64,000 nt of DNA. It comes from a virus. The translations under genes were made by a program, and so were the position numbers. The notes below the pieces were generated by a model. That model was not told where the DNA came from and ran no database searches. It saw nothing but the letters and a program-made list of their open reading frames with translations. The stretch lies in IMG/VR virus record IMGVR_UViG_3300030228_000019; one strand, written 5' to 3'. Positions 11,613 to 22,060 of the stretch are shown here, one piece after another (position 1 is the first letter of the stretch; each line of letters begins with the position of its first letter).

Positions 11613-14267
11613 TTAAGTTCTATTTTTATATTCATCTGAAATCCTTAAAATTTCAAGAATCATTTTTCTATTATTTTCAGAATTATAATTATCAATATAT
11701 TCAGTTATAAACAGTCTTGCATCTGTTGAAAATTGTCTGTTAACTTCTATTAACATCATTATTTTTTCTATAAATTGTAAAGTGTTTGTTGAAAAAGCTT
11801 TTGTATTTAATTCATTATCTGGAAGTGAAAGCTGTTCACTAAGTGATGGTTCTAACACATCAGTTAAATAATTTCTTATTTTTATTTCATCTTGTTCTGT
11901 GAAAGAAGCAAGCACAAGTTTTCCTTCATTATTTAATAAATCAAATCCTATTTTTAATGGTGCTAACTGTATTTTTAATTCAGTATTACTTACAAAATTT
12001 TGTGCAAGATATGGTTGTATTTCTGCTGAATATTTATCTTTACCATATTCCATTATATCTGGCAGTTGTGCCCTATTAGGAAATGACTTTATTGCAGTGG
12101 TATCTCTTGAAAGATAATTTCCATCTTCATCAACAAAAAAGTTATCATTATCATATGTAAAAGTAAGCATGAGTGTATTTATAAACTGAAGTATATATTT
12201 GTTGAATATTTTTGAGAACCTTGTTTTTTGTGAACTGACATCACCTGATTGTTGCCCAAATAAAACATAATTTCCCAGAGACTCCTGTTTACCAAAACTT
12301 TTCATAAATATTCTCTGGCTGGAAAATATCCATCCTCTATTTCTTAATCTGTCTGTTCTTTGTGCATCTGTCAATACCTTATTTAACACAGCATCATCAT
12401 TTAGATAGTGTGCTTCATCAATAAATACAGCAGTATAACATTCATTTTCAACCATTCCTGGTATTTTTAGTTTTTCACCTCTAACCAATAGATAATATAT
12501 ATAAATAATATAAAAACCAACCAAGTCAGGATTAGTTCTTATTGTTATGTAAAAATTGGTCTTCATATTTGATACAATATTTGTTAATATTGTGTAAAGA
12601 TTTATTCCATTCTCAAAATCTATTATTTTTTTAGCCAAATTATTATCATATACATTATTTATAAATCTTAATTCTTCACTATCTGGTTTCAAGTCTTTTC
12701 CAAACATTGAATAGTCATGTATCCAATTTGCAAAATCAAAATTTGTTGGAAATACAGAAAATCCTGTTTTTTCCATAAAAGTTATTATTTTATTTGTTAC
12801 AAAATCAGCAATAACAGAAATAAACTTATCTGATGATATTGAACTCTTTTGTGATAAAACTCTAAAATAAACAGTTAACATTAAATTTAATCCTTCTTTA
12901 TATTCTTGTTTTCCAGCATTATATTCAGCACTATTTTCTTTCCCATTTTTTTGTTCTTGTGTTAATTTTACAAGTTCTAGTCTTAATTGATTGTCAAGTA
13001 TATTTAGTGTTGTAAAGCTTCTTATGTTTTCAAGTTCATCAGGATTATTATATATAACAATTGGAACAATATCATTTCCAAATCTATTTTTAAATCCTCC
13101 AATACTTGGGTTTAAAAGTTTTAATGCTTCTTGTGGAATGTCTTCTTTTGTAAACATTATATTCTTTTCTGGTTTCAATGTTCCCTTATATCTTTCTGAA
13201 TTCATTATCTCATTTAATATTCTGTCAGAACTTTCAGGTTTTTTAATCAGGGTTGAACTATAGTCTATACTTCCACTTTTTATATCAAATGCAAAAATAT
13301 TTACACCATGATACAATAAACTGTGTATCAAATTATTATTAAATGATGTTTTACCACTACCAGTTTTTCCAGATATAAACATATGTGTTGTTAAAATTTT
13401 GTTAAAATCTTTTGGTGAGAAATAAATTTTTACTGGTGCTTTATTTTGATTTATATCATATTCCCAACTATATGTATTATCAACACTATTACCATCAACT
13501 TTTATTTTATAACCAACAAAATAATGAGGGTCTATTTTTGTTTTATGTTGTGATTTTATTTCTTTAACTTTTTGTGTTATATCAGACATTGGTTCTGAAA
13601 GTATTTTTGTGTTTGATGTAAAAAATTCTGTTGCTACTGTGTTTTCTGATTTTGATGATTTTTTAACTTCTTCTGTTTCTTTTTTATCAAATACTGTTTT
13701 TTCTGGTTCAACCTGTTGTTCAGTTATAATTTGTTCTTTTTTAATTGAACTTTTTTTAAAATTGTCAGCAGGTCCATTTTCATAATCTTCAAACTGAACT
13801 TCTTTATAATTTAAAAGACTAATACTATTTATTTTTTTGATTCCTTCAACTGATGCACTTAATATTATTCTTGCAAGAGAGTCATCAATAAGTGTTTTCC
13901 CAATTCCAAATTTATCAATAATTGTTCCAAGTTCTTTATAATTATCTATTGTAAAAGTTGTTTCAGCAACAGCATATTTTACAGAATCAATGTCAAATAA
14001 TATAATTATTGAAAGGTCATCTCCATTGTCATTTTTAAAAAGAAATTTTGATTGGGAATCAAAGGCAGTTATTACAAAAGAATATAATAATATATCATTT
14101 CCAGTAATGAAATATACATCTTTTTCTTTTGTTTTAAATCTATATAAAGAATATCTTTTATTACCAAAAACCATAGAAGTGATTGGACTTATGTCAACAT
14201 TATTTGACCTTTTAACTGGTTTTTCAGTTAGGTCAGTTTCTTTTTTCAAAAATGGAAAATTCATCAA
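11613..14267 (-). CDS. HerA/VirD4/FtsK-superfamily ATPase (possible coupling protein)
   Basis: Walker A ISGKTGSGKT, FAFDIK, Walker B VFIDEAH, WIFSSQ. Confidence 0.75.
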   Translation of the reverse strand: MMNFPFLKKETDLTEKPVKRSNNVDISPITSMVFGNKRYSLYRFKTKEKDVYFITGNDILLYSFVITAFDSQSKFLFKNDNGDDLSIIILFDIDSVKYAVAETTFTIDNYKELGTIIDKFGIGKTLIDDSLARIILSASVEGIKKINSISLLNYKEVQFEDYENGPADNFKKSSIKKEQIITEQQVEPEKTVFDKKETEEVKKSSKSENTVATEFFTSNTKILSEPMSDITQKVKEIKSQHKTKIDPHYFVGYKIKVDGNSVDNTYSWEYDINQNKAPVKIYFSPKDFNKILTTHMFISGKTGSGKTSFNNNLIHSLLYHGVNIFAFDIKSGSIDYSSTLIKKPESSDRILNEIMNSERYKGTLKPEKNIMFTKEDIPQEALKLLNPSIGGFKNRFGNDIVPIVIYNNPDELENIRSFTTLNILDNQLRLELVKLTQEQKNGKENSAEYNAGKQEYKEGLNLMLTVYFRVLSQKSSISSDKFISVIADFVTNKIITFMEKTGFSVFPTNFDFANWIHDYSMFGKDLKPDSEELRFINNVYDNNLAKKIIDFENGINLYTILTNIVSNMKTNFYITIRTNPDLVGFYIIYIYYLLVRGEKLKIPGMVENECYTAVFIDEAHYLNDDAVLNKVLTDAQRTDRLRNRGWIFSSQRIFMKSFGKQESLGNYVLFGQQSGDVSSQKTRFSKIFNKYILQFINTLMLTFTYDNDNFFVDEDGNYLSRDTTAIKSFPNRAQLPDIMEYGKDKYSAEIQPYLAQNFVSNTELKIQLAPLKIGFDLLNNEGKLVLASFTEQDEIKIRNYLTDVLEPSLSEQLSLPDNELNTKAFSTNTLQFIEKIMMLIEVNRQFSTDARLFITEYIDNYNSENNRKMILEILRISDEYKNRT

Positions 14268-14283
14268 TAATAATTAATAACTG

Positions 14284-16209
14284 ATGTTTAAATTTTTAAG
14301 TGTCATAAATAAGGTTTTGTTGATGGAAGGGCTTGAAGAAATAATAAAGAAATATAAAAAAATTAATGCTCAATCTAATGAAGATACTAATACCAAAGAA
14401 ATTGGTGTCCAAAGAATAAGTCAGCAAATAATTGAGCAGGCAAATGTTGACAAGATGAGTAGCAAGTCAGCAAATGATGTAACTGGTGCTGAAAAAAAGA
14501 AAGCTTATTTGGTTGCAAAAACAATAAAAGATTATCAGTTTATTAGTAAACTTGCACCAAATGTTTCAAATGAAAAAGACCTTGTTGATGAACCAAGAAT
14601 TGTTTTTGAAGACAATGGAATTTCTATTGTAAAAGCTATTCTTAAAATTAAAACAAATAAATATATTGTTGAAGAAGAACCATTAAGACCAGAAGAACTT
14701 GCTGTTATAAATCTTTATAAACAATTTGATAAACTTACACAAAAAATTGATTTTTCAAAGAAAAAAATATATGATGTCTATAAAGAAATAGTTGAAGTCA
14801 TAAATGATTTTATAAAACAACAAAATATAGATGCTGGTTATATAAGAACTGAAGTTATTGCTTATTATTTAGTAAAAGAATTTGGTTATTATGAGCTAAC
14901 ACCAGTTCTTCTTGATAAATACATAGAAGATATAAATGGTGTAGAAAATACAGAAATGGTAATACATGACTCAAAATACACACAAGATTTTATAACAAAT
15001 ATTTTTTTATCAAGACAAAAAATGGACACAATATTGAAAAGATTTGCTGAATATGGAAAAAGAACAATAACACCACAAGAACTGACAGCAGCAGTAACAC
15101 TTCCAGAAGGTTCAAGATTTGTATGCATATATCCCTTTGAAAATCAGGGTGTTATGAGTTTTTCAATAAGAAAACAAGTATTTGGTTTAATAAGTCCAAT
15201 GAAATCAATTGATTCAAATTTTGTAACACTTGATGAAATGTCATTTCTTGCATGGGTTATGTCAAAAAATGAACTTGGCAAAATTGGTTATATAGGATTA
15301 CCTGGTTCAGGAAAAACATCCTTCTTAAAAACAATGGCTTTATTTATGCCAGAGTCTGCAAGAGTTTATTCTATTGAAACAACACCAGAACTAATGTTGA
15401 CACAAAAAAGCTGGACAAAAAATACTTATGCTTATGAAAATGAAGCACAAGTTAAATTAATTGAATCAAGTCTTATGTATAAACCAGATTATCTTATAAT
15501 AGGAGAAGTAAAACTTGAAAAAGATTTAGTTGACAATATGTTTGCAGCCATGTCTTCTGGTTTTAAAACATCATTTACTTTTCATGCTGATACAACCTCT
15601 GCTTTTATAAGCAAGATGCAAAGTAGAAGCTTAGATATACAACCAGATAGAATAATGAATATAAAATTTCTTATTTTTATAATAGAAGACCTTTCTGTAA
15701 AAAAAAGATATATTGCAAATATTGATGAAATATACAATTTTGATGTTGATAATAATAGATTAGATTATCAAACAATTTTATCAACAAAAAACATCAAAAA
15801 AGAATCAAATTATATGTCATTATGTTCACTTGATTATAATACAGGAGCACCAAATTCAATATCAGAAGAGTTATATAATAAATTTATTTTAGATGCAAGA
15901 CTCCCATTAAAAACAGGACCAGGGGTTGACCCTGATATATTGTTACTTATGGTGTTAAAATCAAAAAACATTGAAGGTTATGCTAAAATATATGGTCATG
16001 GTGAGGATGAAAGACCTGAATATATTGAACCACAACTTAGATATATTGGTCAGTATAAAAAAATATATCTTGAAATGAGTGGCATAAGAAACTTTTTGAT
16101 AGAAGAATTAAATAAATATATTGAAAATAAAAATAATCCAAACTTTAATGATGTTGCTGTTTTCTTAAATGATTTAAACAGAAATTATAACACATTATTT
16201 AATTTATAA
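14284..16209 (+). CDS. VirB11/TadA/FlaI-family secretion ATPase
   Basis: Walker A GLPGSGKT, Asp box SIETTPEL, Walker B PDYLIIGEV, His box FTFHAD; divergent from the VirB4 cluster. Confidence 0.85.
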   Translation: MFKFLSVINKVLLMEGLEEIIKKYKKINAQSNEDTNTKEIGVQRISQQIIEQANVDKMSSKSANDVTGAEKKKAYLVAKTIKDYQFISKLAPNVSNEKDLVDEPRIVFEDNGISIVKAILKIKTNKYIVEEEPLRPEELAVINLYKQFDKLTQKIDFSKKKIYDVYKEIVEVINDFIKQQNIDAGYIRTEVIAYYLVKEFGYYELTPVLLDKYIEDINGVENTEMVIHDSKYTQDFITNIFLSRQKMDTILKRFAEYGKRTITPQELTAAVTLPEGSRFVCIYPFENQGVMSFSIRKQVFGLISPMKSIDSNFVTLDEMSFLAWVMSKNELGKIGYIGLPGSGKTSFLKTMALFMPESARVYSIETTPELMLTQKSWTKNTYAYENEAQVKLIESSLMYKPDYLIIGEVKLEKDLVDNMFAAMSSGFKTSFTFHADTTSAFISKMQSRSLDIQPDRIMNIKFLIFIIEDLSVKKRYIANIDEIYNFDVDNNRLDYQTILSTKNIKKESNYMSLCSLDYNTGAPNSISEELYNKFILDARLPLKTGPGVDPDILLLMVLKSKNIEGYAKIYGHGEDERPEYIEPQLRYIGQYKKIYLEMSGIRNFLIEELNKYIENKNNPNFNDVAVFLNDLNRNYNTLFNL

Positions 16210-17172
16210 TTTATCTTTTATTTTTTCAACATTAAATCCCAATGAAGTTAAATAGTTTTCTATTTCTACTTTATCATATTTTCCATATATTATATTTTCA
16301 GAAACTGGCATATTTTTAATTTCAGAATAAGCTGCTTTAATTTCTGAAAGAATTTTTTCTTTATCATCTTCCATTATTTTTTCATCATCAACTAATTCTT
16401 CAACAGTTTCTTCTATTGTGTTATTATTTTTTATATATTTTATTCCTTTTTTTGCACCAATACCAAAAATTCCAGTATTAAAATCTGTTCCAGTTAAAGT
16501 TGCAAGATAAATTAACTTATCTCTTGTTAATCCTGTTAATTTAAGAATTTTGCTGCTTGAAATTATTTGTAATGGCAAATAATGTCCTTTATAACTTAAA
16601 CCAAGATTTCTAAGAATATGGTCACAGCTATAAAGTATTGCATCATAATCTTGTGTTGAAGCATAATCAGCTTTGCCAATATTTACAAGATGAACAACAT
16701 TTGCTTCAGCCTCCTCTGGTGCATCAACATAATCACAGCCAAACATCAAAAGAAGTTTTTTAAATGACTTTATAATTGCAGAAGTTAAATAAACAGTTCT
16801 TTGTGAATATAATTTTGCTTTTTCAAGGTCTCCATCTTTAACAGCTTTTTTCCTTAATTCTTCTGATTCTATTTTAATTCTTTTTCTTTCAGTTAATGTT
16901 TTATTTTTTAACTGAGATGGAAATCCATCAAATACAAATATAAAATGCATGTTATAGTTTTTTATAAGATAAGCATATCTATTTATAAAACCATAAAGAT
17001 GACTAATAACAACATCATCATGTTTTAAAATATCTCCATTATTATCTCTTATTGCTGTTAAAAACTGATATATGGCATTGTAGGCATCAACAGCAATTGT
17101 TTTTCCTTTGAGGTCTTCTAATTTTATTGTTTCTATTGGTATAAAATCTCTAAAGGATGAATTAAGTCCCAT
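16204..17172 (-). CDS. fen: Flap endonuclease-1, archaeal type
   Basis: AVDAYNAIYQFL, SHLYG, FVFDG, APEEAEA, STQDYDAILY, GTDFNTGIFGIGAKKG. Confidence 0.93.
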   Translation of the reverse strand: MGLNSSFRDFIPIETIKLEDLKGKTIAVDAYNAIYQFLTAIRDNNGDILKHDDVVISHLYGFINRYAYLIKNYNMHFIFVFDGFPSQLKNKTLTERKRIKIESEELRKKAVKDGDLEKAKLYSQRTVYLTSAIIKSFKKLLLMFGCDYVDAPEEAEANVVHLVNIGKADYASTQDYDAILYSCDHILRNLGLSYKGHYLPLQIISSSKILKLTGLTRDKLIYLATLTGTDFNTGIFGIGAKKGIKYIKNNNTIEETVEELVDDEKIMEDDKEKILSEIKAAYSEIKNMPVSENIIYGKYDKVEIENYLTSLGFNVEKIKDKL

Positions 17173-17193
17173 TATTACACTTTAATTATTTTA

Positions 17194-17538
17194 TTATTTA
17201 AATTTTGTTATTTCAACTACATTTCCCAAAATATTTTCATAATAATTTAGTTCATTGGAGTCTAATTTAAAATAAGTAATTGTCTTTTTTGCTTTATGCT
17301 TTTTATTTTCAACTATTATTTCCCTTTTTATTACTGTATGTGAATCAATTTCATAAGACAACCATTTTGATTTATATTTGCTTCCATTAAAAAGAAAACT
17401 TGTATGCTGTATTTCTTCAGCCATTTCTCCTGCTCTATAAAAAATATTCTCTTCTTTAATATAGAATTTTACAGTTATTGTTTTATCAGATGAAATATAT
17501 TCACTTTCATTAAAACATATGTTTGAAGTCTTCATCAA
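17194..17538 (-). CDS. Hypothetical protein
   Basis: 114-aa ORF in the co-oriented run. Confidence 0.65.
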   Translation of the reverse strand: MMKTSNICFNESEYISSDKTITVKFYIKEENIFYRAGEMAEEIQHTSFLFNGSKYKSKWLSYEIDSHTVIKREIIVENKKHKAKKTITYFKLDSNELNYYENILGNVVEITKFK

Positions 17539-17571
17539 ATTTTCTTTTCATAATAAGCTTAAAATAAACAA

Positions 17572-18084
17572 CTATGGAATCAGAGTTTCAGCAGGTGTTG
17601 ACAGTTTATAAAGAAATTCTTTGGTGTTATTTGTAACTAAAATGGAATCAATTGTTCCTGTTGAGCTTTCAGGCACTTGTGTAAAAAGGGAACAAACAGT
17701 AGAATTAAAAGGGTGAAGTGTTGTCATATATTTATAATGATACATGTTACCAATTTGACTATATGAATATGCTGTATATGTGCTATTGTTTATTGGTGCC
17801 AAAAAACTTGTTTGTTGTGCTGTAATAAATCTAAGTTTTATTGGCAATAATGATGTATTTTTTTGCATATCAAAAGTGAAGTTAAAAGAACAATTTCCTG
17901 AAATAGCATTAGCTGAGAATGCAATAATTTTAAAATTAACAACTGGTATTTCTGTTGTTTTTATGTTTTGGGTTGTGCTATTAAAAAACATATATACTGT
18001 TACAGAAACAATTAATATTAACACTAAAACAGCAACAATTAAAAAATTGTATTCAATAACAGTCTGTGCTTTCAACTTTTTCAC
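17572..18084 (-). CDS. Type IV pilin-like protein (class III signal)
   Basis: MKKLKA/QTVIEY plus hydrophobic helix. Confidence 0.8.
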   Translation of the reverse strand: MKKLKAQTVIEYNFLIVAVLVLILIVSVTVYMFFNSTTQNIKTTEIPVVNFKIIAFSANAISGNCSFNFTFDMQKNTSLLPIKLRFITAQQTSFLAPINNSTYTAYSYSQIGNMYHYKYMTTLHPFNSTVCSLFTQVPESSTGTIDSILVTNNTKEFLYKLSTPAETLIP

Positions 18085-18678
18085 TCATATAAATTTTATT
18101 TTACTATTGCAACTTGTGCAATAAAAACTATTCTTTTTCATTTTTGTTTTTGTTGGTTCAAGGTCTGTTTCATAATTTATAAAAACAAAATTACCACACC
18201 TACACTGACCATAAATTGTGTTTATCATTTTATTAAAATCAGAAAGACTAACTTTTAATTGAAAAAATACAGGATGTATTAAATAAGATGAAGAAAAGAA
18301 ACTATAAAGCCACACAGCAATAAACTCTTTTTTATTATAATCAAATGGTATATAAGCAATATCATAACTTAAGGCATTACTTCTCTTTAATGTAAAAACT
18401 GGTGATAGTTTTTGTTTATTTGTTATATCTTCTAAAAATAAAGAAACAAGTTTTACTTTATCATAGTTTTCAGTTTGATTAACTTCATAAAAATTCTCAA
18501 ACTTTCTATAAAGTTTAATTGACTCTTCTGTATAATCAGTTGTTTCTGCAAGAAAACCATAAGTTTCCCTTACAGGCATTCCATCATTTTCTATTAAAAG
18601 ATGTGTTTTGCAATAATTTACAAGATTTTCTTCTTCTTTATCATAAAACATATTATCAGTTATAGTTGTAATAAACAA
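18085..18678 (-). CDS. Hypothetical protein with C-terminal Zn ribbon
   Basis: CRCG...CTSC. Confidence 0.7.
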   Translation of the reverse strand: MFITTITDNMFYDKEEENLVNYCKTHLLIENDGMPVRETYGFLAETTDYTEESIKLYRKFENFYEVNQTENYDKVKLVSLFLEDITNKQKLSPVFTLKRSNALSYDIAYIPFDYNKKEFIAVWLYSFFSSSYLIHPVFFQLKVSLSDFNKMINTIYGQCRCGNFVFINYETDLEPTKTKMKKNSFYCTSCNSKIKFI

Positions 18679-18686
18679 TTTAAAAA

Positions 18687-19364
18687 TCAGGAAGTATAAA
18701 AGACAGAATAAGCTTCTCCATTTGTTGTTTTATTGCTTGCAACAACTTTTAATGTTGAATTGTATCCAGTATTTGGTGTTGTAAAAGAACATGTGTCAGT
18801 AGTGCAAGTTGTTAAATCAACATTATTAAGATAATAATTAAAAGTTGCATTATTTATATTTGTAATAACATTTGCAGTATCAATTGAACCATGCTGTGGA
18901 AAATAGTTTGATAATTCAATCTGTATAAAAGTTATAACTTTATTTATTCCAAAAACAGTTGGCATAGAATCCACCACTTTGGCAGCATATGACTTTCCAT
19001 TTTTTACAATAATTATAGCAGCAACATTTACTGTTCTGTTATTTATTGTTAAATTATCTTTTGTATTTATATTATAAACATTGATATAGGTTCCATTATG
19101 AATAGTTGTTCCAATTAATTGAGTTCCTGAAAGAGTAATGTTGGTTAATGTAGCAAGTTGTATTGTAATACTCTGAACAGAACTGCTATTAAAACTTGTT
19201 AATAGTTCTGTAATGTTATTATCTGAAATAATTTTATAAACATAAAAAGTTGAAGAAATATTTTCTTTCAAAAAGAAACCATATAAAAGAGCAATAACTG
19301 CAACTGTAATTATTAGCCCCACTATTAACCAAATTGTTAAAGGAATAATTATTTGAGCCTTCAT
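18687..19364 (-). CDS. Type IV pilin-like protein
   Basis: MKA/QIIIPL plus hydrophobic helix; Asn/Thr-rich. Confidence 0.7.
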   Translation of the reverse strand: MKAQIIIPLTIWLIVGLIITVAVIALLYGFFLKENISSTFYVYKIISDNNITELLTSFNSSSVQSITIQLATLTNITLSGTQLIGTTIHNGTYINVYNINTKDNLTINNRTVNVAAIIIVKNGKSYAAKVVDSMPTVFGINKVITFIQIELSNYFPQHGSIDTANVITNINNATFNYYLNNVDLTTCTTDTCSFTTPNTGYNSTLKVVASNKTTNGEAYSVFYTS

Positions 19365-19441
19365 TATTTTTAATCTGGTAAAAGCTTTTAAAGTTTTAAA
19401 AGTATTTTAAACTTCTTAAAATCTATAAAATAGATGATAAG

Positions 19442-20116
19442 ATGAGTTTTCATAACAACTATATAAATAATAGAATAGAACTGGTAAATAAGTTTGTAAA
19501 GAAAAATATAAGAAGGGATTTATATACATATGTAAGAATTTCTGATTGGAAAATAAAAGGACTGGCAAACAGGCTATTAACTGATAAATTAACACCAGAA
19601 GATATGAGATATTTGAATCAAACTTTGACAAATGCACACAGACAAGATTACAGGACACCAGACCAGATGGCTTTAAATTTAATACTTGGTTGGGTTGTTG
19701 AAGATGTTATAAGAGATAAATTAAATGCACTTGGTATAAAAACAGAAAATGCTGGGACTGATAAAGAAAGAAGTTTTGGACCAATAGTTGCAAATGTTCC
19801 AGACCTTTCAACTGAAACAACAAAAGGAACAAGATTTCTTGAAGTTGTAATGGGATATACTGGAAGAGAAAAAGAAAATGGTGTTGCATTAAGGGACAAT
19901 AAATATGAAAATCTTATAATGTTTCACTCTTATCTTGTTGGCATAGACCTATTAAATGAACAAATGTTTGTTATAACTGATTTAGAAAAAAGAAAAGCTG
20001 GAGAAAAACAATATAATAGTGGATTTGGAAAGATAACCAGAACTGTTGAACTTACAAACAAAGACTTTTATGACTATGTAAAGGGGTTTGAAAGGCTTCA
20101 AAAAATATTAAAGTGA
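19442..20116 (+). CDS. Putative PD-(D/E)XK nuclease, restriction-endonuclease-like
   Basis: LGWVVED helix, then VPDL-x9-FLEVV, then ALRDNKY, the layout of type II REase cores; family not identified. Confidence 0.5.
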   Translation: MSFHNNYINNRIELVNKFVKKNIRRDLYTYVRISDWKIKGLANRLLTDKLTPEDMRYLNQTLTNAHRQDYRTPDQMALNLILGWVVEDVIRDKLNALGIKTENAGTDKERSFGPIVANVPDLSTETTKGTRFLEVVMGYTGREKENGVALRDNKYENLIMFHSYLVGIDLLNEQMFVITDLEKRKAGEKQYNSGFGKITRTVELTNKDFYDYVKGFERLQKILK

Positions 20117-20121
20117 TAAAC

Positions 20122-20250
20122 ATGAATATGAAAAAGAAAGCATGGTATAAAGAGAAAAAATATAGTAAAATGACAAAATATCTTGAAAGAAAAACACTAT
20201 TAGAAAAAAGAAAGAAAACTAAAAAAGAACATAATAAAAATAATCCATAA
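20122..20250 (+). CDS. Small very basic peptide (42 aa)
   Basis: MNMKKKAWYKEKKYSK...; GTGA RBS; not in the ORF track. Confidence 0.45.
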   Translation: MNMKKKAWYKEKKYSKMTKYLERKTLLEKRKKTKKEHNKNNP

Positions 20251-20270
20251 ATAAAAAATATTTTTAATTG

Positions 20271-20296
20271 TTGACCAAACTAAACAAATTGGTCAA
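20271..20296. promoter_or_regulatory. Inverted-repeat operator candidate TTGACCAA-N10-TTGGTCAA
   Basis: Perfect 8-bp arms in the intergenic region about 45 nt upstream of ORF 20340. Confidence 0.5.
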
Positions 20297-20339
20297 TAAA
20301 TCCTTTTAAAGTTTATTTCTTTTTATTTATTGACACTAT

Positions 20340-21119
20340 ATGCTTGGTATAATATTAACTGGTGGATTTGCAAAAAGAATGAAAGAAAATACAACATATA
20401 CACCTAAATCCATGCTAACTGTTGGTGGTAAAACAATTCTTGACCACATTATATCTAAAATTGAAAGAATTGATGAAATAAAAAAAGTTTATATTTTAAC
20501 AAATTCAAAATTCAAACATATTTTTCTTGAATTTGCAAATGAATATATGGCAAGAAAATCAAAACTTCAAATTATTGTAATTGAAGAACCAAATACATAT
20601 ACTGAAAAAACAAAACTTGGTTCAATTGGTGGTCTTCATTATTTCATCAAAACCTATGGTATCATAGATGATTTTTTAATAATTGGTGGTGATAATTTTT
20701 TTACATTTAATCTTGACAGTTTTATAACAGCTTTTTATAAACATAAAAAACCAATTGTAATAATAAAAGAAATTCAAAATAAAAATTATTTAAAAACACT
20801 TGCTGTTGCAAAAGTTAAAAAAGGCAAAATAATTAATTACAGCATAAAACCTAAAAATCCATCAACTCATTTTGCAGGAACAATGATTTATGTTATTCCT
20901 AAAGACAAAATTACAATAATTGATGAGGCATATTATAACCATATAACAGACCCAACTGGTAAACTTATTGAATTGCTTGTAAAAAAGAAAACACCAGTGA
21001 TGGCATATATTGAAAAAACAGGCATGTGGGCTGATATTGGAACAAAATCAATTTATAAAAAAATATTTACATTCTATATGCAAAATAATGCTGATTTTGA
21101 ACAAAAACTAAAAATATAA
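20340..21119 (+). CDS. Sugar-phosphate nucleotidyltransferase (NTP_transferase family)
   Basis: GIILTGGFAKRM...TPKSMLTVGGKTIL, IIGGDN, WADIGT. Confidence 0.85.
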   Translation: MLGIILTGGFAKRMKENTTYTPKSMLTVGGKTILDHIISKIERIDEIKKVYILTNSKFKHIFLEFANEYMARKSKLQIIVIEEPNTYTEKTKLGSIGGLHYFIKTYGIIDDFLIIGGDNFFTFNLDSFITAFYKHKKPIVIIKEIQNKNYLKTLAVAKVKKGKIINYSIKPKNPSTHFAGTMIYVIPKDKITIIDEAYYNHITDPTGKLIELLVKKKTPVMAYIEKTGMWADIGTKSIYKKIFTFYMQNNADFEQKLKI

Positions 21120-21171
21120 GTCTTTTAAGAGCAATGTTTATATATTTAAATATATAGTATAAAATGACTAT

Positions 21172-22035
21172 ATGGAACATAATGTTTTTTTAACAAATAA
21201 AGAAGAAATAATACTTGAAAATAAAATACCAGAAAGTAAAAAATCTGAATTTAAATTCATAGTTTATCTAATTGAAAATGGAATAAATAACATAAATTTT
21301 TCTGAACTTGTAGAAGTTACAAAAGCAACAAAAGAAGAATTAGAACTATGGCTTTCAAAGCTTAAAAGTGCTGAATTTTTTAATGAAGATGGTTCTGTAA
21401 AAATTAATGGTATATACAAAGAGGCATCACCTGATTTTGAAAAACTCAATTTTGAAATAGAAAGTGCTATGCTTATAGCTGAAGGAAAAATAACAGGAAA
21501 ATTTAGAGAAAAACCAACTTATGTTCTTACATCTGAAAAAGAAAATAAAGATGTTTTAATATTTAATGGTGAATGGTTTAAAATAATGAAAAGTAATATT
21601 GACAACAGCCTTTATATTGCAAAAGCAGATTCAGTTGTAATACTTCCTTTTATAAATAATAATACTATTCTTTTTGAAAGACAACATAGAGCAGCAATAA
21701 ATAAACATTTATTTGAAATTCCAGCAGGGTCTATTAAAACATATGATTATGAAAACAAAGAAGAGGCTGTAAACAAGATACTTCTTGCAGAAACTGGATA
21801 TATTGCTAAAAAAATATATCCAATGTTTCAAAGTTTTGCCAGCCCTGGTATCTATAACACAATGCATAATTTTTATGTTGCAAGAGAACTTGAAAAGATG
21901 GAACACAGTATAGATAATAAAATAGAAATAATGAAAATTAATTTTAATAATGCCCTTAATTACATAAAAACAGGAGAAATACAAGATAATAAGACAAGTC
22001 TTGCAATTCTTTTTTATAACACATTTATGAAATGA
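21172..22035 (+). CDS. NUDIX hydrolase (ADP-ribose pyrophosphatase-like) with N-terminal extension
   Basis: RQHRAAI...FEIPAGS...LAETGY, FASPG, IQDNKTSLAI; the Nudix box is partly degenerate. Confidence 0.8.
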   Translation: MEHNVFLTNKEEIILENKIPESKKSEFKFIVYLIENGINNINFSELVEVTKATKEELELWLSKLKSAEFFNEDGSVKINGIYKEASPDFEKLNFEIESAMLIAEGKITGKFREKPTYVLTSEKENKDVLIFNGEWFKIMKSNIDNSLYIAKADSVVILPFINNNTILFERQHRAAINKHLFEIPAGSIKTYDYENKEEAVNKILLAETGYIAKKIYPMFQSFASPGIYNTMHNFYVARELEKMEHSIDNKIEIMKINFNNALNYIKTGEIQDNKTSLAILFYNTFMK

Positions 22036-22060
22036 TTTAAATAAAAACAGGTAGTTAAAA

